A stretch of 64,000 nucleotides of DNA from the human T2T-CHM13v2.0 reference genome, Homo sapiens, in the NCBI RefSeq assembly GCF_009914755.1, contig NC_060941.1. One strand, 5' to 3'. The notes beneath the pieces are model-generated. The model saw only the letters and a list, made by a program, of their open reading frames with translations. It searched no databases and was not told the origin of the DNA. Position numbers and translations under genes: made by a program. Each line of letters begins with the position of its first letter. The first letter of the stretch is position 1. Below are positions 55,678 to 64,000 of the stretch, one piece after another.

Positions 55678-55917
55678 AGATTAAAGTAAAGACAGGCATT
55701 GGAAATTATAAGAGTATTGATTGGGGAAGTGATAAATGTCCATGAAATCTTCACAATTTATGTTCAGAGATTGCAGTAAAGACAGGTGTAAGAAATTATA
55801 AAAGTATTAATTTGGGGAACTAATAAATGTCCATGAAATCTTCACAATTTATGTTCTTCTGTGGTGGCTTCAGCCAATCCCTCTGTTTGGGGTCCTTGAC
55901 TTCCCACAACAACATTT

Positions 55918-57138
55918 AGTTGATTATATCAAGGCCTTTGACAGTATCAAAGGTAATCTGCATAAAGCTACTCTGCTGGCACAAGCCATGGCAGGACTGA
56001 GAGTGGGTAAAGGAAATGCTCTGTTTCCTGGAGCTTGTTTCAGCTGTGGGAAACATGGGAATACAAAGAGAATGTAGAAAAAATCAGAGGGTCCAAATGC
56101 CCAGTGTTGGAAAAAAGAAAACTGCTGAACCAGGTCTATGCCCGAAGTGTAAAAAAGGAAAGCATTGGCCAATCAGTGTCATTCTATATTTGAGAAGGAT
56201 GGAAACCCAGTTTTGGTATATGCCATGAGGGGCCCGCCCCAGGCCCCATTCCAAACCAGAGCATTCGTGGCTCAGGCCACTCCCTCACCCCTGTACAATG
56301 CTTGTTCCCCACCACAGCTGGTGGTGCCACAGTAGATCTGTGTTGCACCAGGGCTGTGAGTCTCCTCCCTGGAGAGCCACCGTAGAAAGTACCAACAGGA
56401 GTCTGCAGACCTCTGCCAGCAGGAAAGGTAGGACTACTTCTGGGAAGATCTAGTTTGAATTTAAAAGGAGTGCAGGTTCATACAGGAGTAATTGACTTGG
56501 ATTGTAATGGGGAAATTTGAATCATTATATCTATCTCCATTCCTTGGAAGGCAGAACTGGGAGAGCATATAGTGCAGCTTCTGATTTTACCATATGTGGG
56601 ACTAGGAAAAAGTGAAACTAAAAGAACAGGGGGATTTAGCAGTACAAATAATCAAAGGAAAGCCACCTCCTGGGTAAATCAAATTACTGATAAGTGTTCT
56701 ACCTCTGAAATAACTATTCAGGGAAAGAAATTTAAAGGTTTGGTAGATACAGGAGCAGACATTTCAATCATTTATCTATAGCACTGGCCATCCATGTGGC
56801 CAATTCAACCCACTCAATTTAACATATTTGGAGTTGGTAAAGCCCCTGAGGTATATCAAAGTAGTTACATTTTGTATTGTGAAGGGCCCAATGGACAACC
56901 TGGGACTATTTAACAAATTATAACTTCTGTACCTATAAATTTATGGGGGAGAGATTTATTACAACAATGGGGAGCACAAGTTTTAATTCCTGAGCAATTA
57001 TACAGCCCTCAAAGCCAACATATGATGCATGAAATGGGGTATGTCTCTGGTTTGTGTGTAGGAAAATATTTGCAAGGTTTGAAGGAACTACTTCAAGCAG
57101 AAAGACAAAGTTCCTGCCAAGGCTTGGATACCATTTTT
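55918..57138 (+). pseudogene. HML-3 gag 3' part (NC) and pro
   Basis: gag resumes LVDYIKA; knuckles CFSCGKHG and CPKCKKGKHW; gag stop near 56335; protease LVDTGADISII followed by a stop. Confidence 0.87.
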
Positions 57139-59790
57139 GATGGCAGTCATTGTTAAGCCTCCAGAGCCTATCTCATTAAAATGGCTGACAGACAAGCCAA
57201 TATGGATAGAACAATGGCCACTGAATAAAGAGAAACTGGAGGCTTTAAATGAACTAGTTAAAGAACAGCTTCAAAAGGGACATATATTTCCAACACTCTC
57301 CCCTTGGAATTCCTCAGTTTTCATAATTAAGAAAAAAATCAGGTAAATGGAGAATGTTAACTGACTTAAAGGCCATTAATTCAGTTATACAACCTATGGG
57401 GGCATTACAGCCAGGACTGCCTTCTCCTGCTATGATTCCAAAAAATTGGCCTTTAACAGTCACAGATTTAAAAGACTGTTTCTTTACTATCACCTTAGCT
57501 GAGCAGGACTGTGAATGGTTTGCATTTATGATTCCTGTGGTAAACAACTTGCAGCTTGCTAAGCATTTTCACTGGAAGGTGTTTCCACATGGCATGTTAA
57601 ACACTCCATCCATTTTCCAGACTTACGTAGGGCAAGAAATTGAACCTACTCATAAAAGATTTTCACAGTGTTACATTATTCATTATATGGATGATATTCT
57701 TTGTGCTGCCCCCACTTGAGAAATATTACTCCAATGTTATGATCACTTGCAAAATTTCTCATGCCAGTTTAATTATAGCTCCTGACAAAATTCAGACTAC
57801 TACTCCTTACTCCTACTTAGGGACCTTAGTAAATGACACTACAATAGTGCCACAGAAAGTAACCATATGTAGGGATCAATTGAAAACATTGAATGACTTT
57901 CAAAAATTACTAGGGGACATTCATTGGATATGGCCCATTCTAGGCATTCCTACTTATACCATGAGTAATCTGCTTTCTATCCTTAGAGGAGATCCTAGTC
58001 TCACAAGCCCTCAGAAATTAACAAAAGAAGCTGAGGCAGAGCAGTAGCTAATAAAAGGCAAGTCCATAAGGCCCAAATAAATAGAATAGATCCAGAGAAG
58101 ACTCGAGATTTGCTAATTTTTTCAGCTCAGCATTCAGCTAAAGGTGTTATTGTTCAAGAGCAATATCTTGTAGAGTGGCTTTTTCTTCCACATACTAATT
58201 CATGGACTTTGACTCCTTATTTGGATCAAATCGCTACTATGATAGGAAATGGGAGAACTCAGATTGTTTAATTACATGGATATGATCCTGGAAAAGTTAT
58301 TGTCCCCCTCATGAAGGCACAAATATAGCAAGCTTTTATAAATAGTCTTACTTGGCAAATCCATTTAGCTGACTTTGTGAGTATTCTCGATAACCATTTT
58401 CCTAAAATGAAACTCTTTCAATTTTTGAAATTAACTAATTGGATTCTCCCTAAAATAACTAAATTCAAACCAATTGAAGGTGCTGAGAATGTCTTCACAG
58501 ATGGGTCTAGTAATGGTAAAGCCTCTTATTCTGGATCAAAAGGTAAAGTTTTTCAGACGCCCTATACTTCAGCTCAAAAAGCAGAGCTTGTAGCTGTAAT
58601 TGAGGTATTGACTGCTTTTAATATGCCTATTAATGTGATTTATTATTCTTCATATGTGGTTCATTCTACAGAGTTAGTTGAAAATGCTCAGCTATGATTC
58701 CACACAGATGATCAACGGATGACTTTATTTACCCAATTGCAAGAGCAGTTAGAAGTAGAATGAACCCTTTTTTACATCACTCACATTAGAGCTCATACAC
58801 CTCTTCCAGGACCTTTGACTGCAAGGAATCAATTGGCCAATCGCCTAGTTGCTACTGCAATATCTAATGCTAGACACTTTCACAATTTAATCCATGCTAA
58901 TGTCTCTGGTCTCAGACACTGATAAAGCATTACCTGGAAAGAAGCTAAAGCTATTATCCAGCGATGCCCAACTTGCCAAATGGTGCATTCCTCATCTTTT
59001 ACAAGAGGAGTTAATCATCAAGGATTGGAACCTAATTCTCTTTGGCAAATGGATGTCATGCATGTTCCCGCATTTGGGAGACTAGTTTATGTACATGTAT
59101 GTGTGGACACCTTTTCTCACTTTGTCTGGGCTGCATGCCAATCAGGAGAGTCTTCTGCCTGTATTAAATGTCACCTTTTGCAGTGCTTTGCGGTGATGGG
59201 CATTCTAGCTTCCATTAAAACAGATAATGCCCCAGGCCCTACTAGCCAAGCTCTAGCTACATTTTTCTCTATATGGAATATTAAACACATTACTGATATC
59301 CCATATAATTCTCAAGGACAAGCCATAGTGGAAAGAATGAATCTCTCCCTGAAACAGCAGTTGCAAAAACAGAAAGGAGGAGACAGAAACTATAGGACTC
59401 CATACATGCAACTAAATCTAGCATTATTAACTTTAAATTTTTTGAGCCTGCCTAAAGGCTGATTGTTATTAGCAGCTGAACAACATTTACAGAAGCCAGC
59501 TACAAAAGCAGAAGTGGAAAAATGGGTTTGCTAGAAAGGCCCAATAACAAAAGTTTGTGAAACAGGTAAAATAATAACATGAGGCAGAGGTTATGCTTGT
59601 GTTTCTCCAGGACCAAATCAATAGCCAATTTGGGTTCCATCAAGACATCTAAAGCCCTACTATGAGCCAGATATCAAGGAAAAAGTTTTGGGAGGATCCC
59701 AAAGACCAACTGGTGGCAGCGTTGTCCAAGTTGATGCTGAGGAGGACCCCAACTGTCACGAGCAATCCCCGTCTAACACAGCCACCTACC
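57137..59790 (+). pseudogene. HML-3 pol
   Basis: [38 protein letters not shown]; multiple frameshifts and stops; end approximate. Confidence 0.9.
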
Positions 59791-61615
59791 TGGGGACAGA
59801 TCAAGAAGCTGTCGCAGATGGTGGAAGAAAACCTGAGGAAAGTGGGACAACCAGTCACAATGAGTAATTTACTGATAGCTCTGATAGCTGTGATTACCAT
59901 TGCCATAAGTATTCCTTCAGCAAGGGCTGACACAGAGAACAATTATACTTACTAGGCATATTTACCTTTTCCACCACTTCTATGGCCTGTAACTTGGCTG
60001 GACCCCCCATTGGAGGTATACACTAATGATAGCTCTTGGATGCCTGGTCCTACAGATGATAGAGGTCCATCTCACTCACATGAGGAAGGAACTGTTATGC
60101 ATATTTCTTTAGGATTTGAATATCTGCCTATCTGTTTAGGAAAGGCCACTAGTTGCCTACTCCCTCGCTATCAATCTTGGCTGGCAATAATGCCTGGACA
60201 TAATCACTCTATGATGCAGTTTTACATGCTTTCTGGTCTTAGTATTTACCATAATGAATCTGCTCCTGTAATTGAGGCACACCACCCTCAAAAACCTATT
60301 TGTAAACAGAATTGGACCTGGTTAGAAATAATGAACATACTTGTTTGGGAAGGTTGCATTGCAGAGGTGCTGCACAACAGGCAGAGGTGCTACACAATGA
60401 TTCCTATGGAATCATTATTGACTGGTCCCCTAAGGGGATGTTTAGCATGAATTGCATCTCTCAGTCTGCGTGTGATGGCCACACTATGTTCAGCTGGTCT
60501 GAACAAAATGATCAGTTGGTAGAAATGATAAGAAGTATGGCAAGATTTCCTATTTTCTGGAAACGTGGCGGTATAGTGGCACCTCAACTTCAAATGATCC
60601 TGATAAGATCAAGATTTGGGAAGAAAAATATACTATGCCATTCACATTGTAATCCTAATTACATTTTAGAACTTGTTGAAAACAATACTATTTGGATACA
60701 AAGTTGTGTTCATCCTGCTTTTCTGTTGGTAATGGGCAATCTAAAGTTTGGCATCCCTAATTATCATGTAACTTTCCAGGAATGTAGATTGTTCTCTTGT
60801 GTGAACTCTCCTTGTTTAATACTAATCATTCTATTCTAGTAGAGAGTGCTCAAGAAGGAGTATGGTTACTGGTGAAGCTTTCCTGTCCTTGGAAAGCCTT
60901 TCCCTCTGTACATATTATTACTGAAATTCTTCAGAAAATTCTGAGACACTCTTGACATTTCATTGATACTTTAATCTTGATTATTATGGGAATGATCGCT
61001 GTCACAGCTACTGCTGCAGCAGCTAGAGTTGTGCTACATTCATCAATGCACAGCAGATTTTGTAAATAAATGGCAAAAGAATTCTACTCTGCTGTGTAAC
61101 TCTCAAACTAAAATAGACCAAAAGATAGTTAATCAAATCAATGATCTCCAACAAACTGTAACGTGGCTGGGAGATTGAGCAGCTAGTTTGGGATATAGAA
61201 TGCAGCTAAAATGCTACTGGAATACTTCTAACTTTTGTATCACTCCTCACCCTTATAATGAATCAGAGCATGAATGGGAAAGAATAAAAAAGCATCTAGA
61301 AGGACACTCTACAAACTTGTCTTTGGATGTTGCAAAACTAAGAGAACAAATATTTCAAGCATCCCAGGGACACCTGACCTTAATGCCAGGAACTGGAGTG
61401 CTTGAAGGAGTTACAGATGGATTGGCAGCCATAAATCCTTCAAAATGGATAAAAACACTTGGAGGCTCTGTGATTTCTATGATGGTTGTGTTATTAACCT
61501 GTGTTGTTTGTCTTTGTGTAGTCTGCAGTTGCAGATCCCGACTCCTGCAAGAAGTAGCTCACCTTGATAAAGCCGTCTTTGTATTTATTGCCCTGAAAAA
61601 ACAAAAAGGGGGACA
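59662..61615 (+). pseudogene. HML-3 env
   Basis: PTWGQIKKL leader, EVYTNDSSWMPG, TM LKCYWNTSNFCITP and LREQIFQAS; stops. Confidence 0.87.
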
Positions 61616-62076
61616 TGCTGGGAACAGGCCCCAAGACTGGCCATAAACAGATTTCTGCAGCACTGTGATATGCTCATGATGGCTATGATGCTCACGCTGG
61701 AGGTTGCTGGTTTACCAGAATGAGGGCAAGGAACATCTGGCCCACCCAGGGTGGAAAACTACTCAAGGCATTCCTAAACCACAAACAATTGCATGAGTGA
61801 TCTGTGCCTTAAGGACATGTCCCTGCTGCAGATAACAAGCCAGAGCCTGTCCCTTTGTTCTCTGTGAAGAATACTTTCAGTTAATCTATAAACTGCAGAA
61901 ATGATGTTTATCACAGGCTTACTGTCAATAAATAGGTGGGTCAAATTCTGTTCAAGACTGTCAAGTCTGAAGGCTGTTAGCCCCCTGTTCCCACTTTCCA
62001 CTCTATTTCTGTGCCTGTGTTTTTATTCGTCTAGTGCTGCTGGGTTGCGGTCTCCATGACTGAGCTGGTTTCAGTG
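61616..62076 (+). mobile_element. MER9 3' LTR
   Basis: Direct repeat of 43744-44202, preceded by the purine tract aaaaaggggga. Confidence 0.9.
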
Positions 62077-62263
62077 CCCATCTCTGCTAAAAATTACAAA
62101 AAATTAGCCAGACGTGGTGGAAGCTGTAATCCTGGCTACTTAGGAGGCTGAGGCAGGAGAATCACTTGAACTCTGGAAACAGAGGTTGCAGTGAGCCAAG
62201 GTGTTGCCATTGCATTCCTGCCTGGGCAACAAGAGCAAAACATCATCTGAAAAAAAAAAGAAA

Positions 62264-62320
<57 letters not shown>

Positions 62321-62338
62321 GAAAAGAAAAGAAAGAAA
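62077..62338 (+). mobile_element. Alu, 3' part, with (GAAA)n microsatellite tail
   Basis: Continues the Alu interrupted at 43743; tail about 62250-62338. Confidence 0.88.
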
Positions 62339-62375
62339 TAGTTGCTAAATTTTCTCAATACTAAAAATATTTGCA

Positions 62376-62700
62376 ACTGGGTACAGTGGCTTATGCCTGT
62401 AATCCCAGCACTTTGGCAGGCCAAGGTGGGTGGATCACTTAAGGTCAGGAGTTCGAGACCAGCCTGGCCAACATGGCAAAACCCCATCTCTACTAAAAAT
62501 ACAAAATAAATTAGTAGGGCATGGTGGTGCATGCCTGTAATCCCAGCCACTCGGGAGGCTGAGGCACAGGATTAGAGCTGCCAACAAGCCCAGCTAATTT
62601 TTGTATTTTTAGTAGAGGTGGGGTTTCCCCATATTGGCCAGGCTGGTCTCAAACTCCTGGCCTGAAGTGATCCACCCGCCTTGGCTTCCCAAAATGCTGC
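62376..62700. mobile_element. Two truncated Alus fused in opposite orientation
   Basis: + Alu from 62376 to about 62570 abuts a - Alu left arm from about 62575 to 62700. Confidence 0.85.
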
Positions 62701-64000
62701 CACCCTTGACAGTCTGAATTTTTAAAAAGTAATGAATATTCTTAATATCTTTTAAAAATACAGTGATATGAAAATAAGGGAAAACGTTTAAAGATTATTT
62801 TGTTCTTTACAATTCTCTTGGTTCTGTTCTTTTTTGATTAGTTTTGGGATTAAATTTATTGGGAGATCTCCTAGGCTCTTTGAAGTTATTTTGTTTGGGA
62901 ACTTTTTTCTTCCTAATTCTGCCTCATAAGACAAAGTACTGGGAGGTACAAAGGATAGTGATTTAATGGCACTGTTTTCCTAACACTGAATTATTTTCAT
63001 TTGAAAGAAGTTGATCACTCTTCAGAAAAGTAATTGTAAAGTTATTTTTACCCTTGGTTCATTTGATTTCTTAAACAGCAGTTTTCCCGACAGAAATTTA
63101 CAGTGTGATGACAATACATAACTGGTTCAGTGAGATGAAAATCCAATAATCAGCTTATGTTGGGACTGGATGTTGATTTATTACAGGATTATACACATGA
63201 ATTCCATAAAACCAAAGCAAACTTTATGGCAATATGGGAAAGGGAGAATCTCATGGGATCAGTACAAAAAGATATTGAGTAATTTGCCTTTTATATTATT
63301 TTGTAGAATATTTATTCAGATTTGGCTTTAGGATATGTTCACAGTTAATTACAAATTGAGTGGCAGAACCATAGTTGAGATTTCAGGATTTCCAATTCCC
63401 ATTTCACTGTCTTTTAAGCATTGCTGCTACAATGTCGTCCTAATCTACTTTTCCATTTTTATCTCATGCTTCCCCTTATTTTATCATTGGCTCCTGCCAA
63501 CCTTGACTTTCCTGTCTTAATTCCAAGTCCAGCTTAGATGGTATCATCATGGTTCCCTGATCTCTTACCACACACCCTAAGAATTATAATGTTACCTTTA
63601 TGATCCTCTGCAGATGTGTCAAATACATTTTTTTAAATTACAACATTATCAGTAACTGAAGCTTTCCATGTTTCTCTTCCTGATTATCACCTATCTCTGC
63701 CCCCTCCCTTGTCCCAACAATTATATATTATAAACTATAATACATATACAAACTCATAGCCTTAATGTTAAATTATTTAAGGACTCTCAACATTTTTATG
63801 CTGATCTCAATCTATAATTTTAAATATTTTTTAGGTGAGGTCATTTCCTCTCTCCTTTAATAATCTATTCTAGCATTTCACACACATTTTTGGAAACTTT
63901 TTCACAACTGAACACTACTGACAATGTTAAGTCCCATGGGCATCTCACTGAAGCTGAACACTTTCCAATTTGGAGCTATCTAATGATACCTGTCATCGTC

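Larger units (their letters stand above)
45566..55911 (-). mobile_element. HERV-K11 / HML-8 full-length provirus (MER11 LTRs), nested antisense in HML-3 gag
   Basis: 5' LTR 54423-55911; 3' LTR 45566-46772 (reverse strand starts TGTTGCAGGAAGTCAGGGACCCC); PBS TGGCACCCAGTGTGG up to 54420; PPT 46773-46789; perfect TSD ACATTT at 45560-45565 and 55912-55917. Confidence 0.92.
43744..62076 (+). mobile_element. HERV-K9 / HML-3 provirus (MER9 LTRs), interrupted by the HML-8 provirus
   Basis: LTRs 43744-44202 and 61616-62076; Lys-type PBS TGGCATCCAAATGTGGGGC from 44205; PPT before 61616; TSD CCCGTC / CCCATC. Confidence 0.92.

Overview
Human (primate) genomic DNA, recognisable as chr17q11.2 from an exact match to the remembered galectin-9 protein. 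1-9 kb: coding exons 3-11 and the 3' UTR of LGALS9 (+). 10.9-43.7 kb: a minus-strand mosaic of duplicated, unprocessed gene pieces: NOS2 exons 15-27 (reductase half, pseudogenised), a TBC1D3/USP6-family N-terminal TBC gene with its non-coding first exon, one CPD exon, and a second isolated copy of NOS2 exon 20. 43.7-62.1 kb: a nested insertion series with readable target-site duplications. A MER9/HERV-K9 (HML-3) provirus sits inside an Alu, a full-length antisense MER11/HERV-K11 (HML-8) provirus sits inside its gag, and a 5'-truncated EIF4EBP2 retrocopy sits inside the HML-8 5' LTR. LGALS9 is the only intact protein-coding gene. Homologies come from recalled protein and repeat consensus sequences, not database searches; exon borders were read from the sequence by hand.
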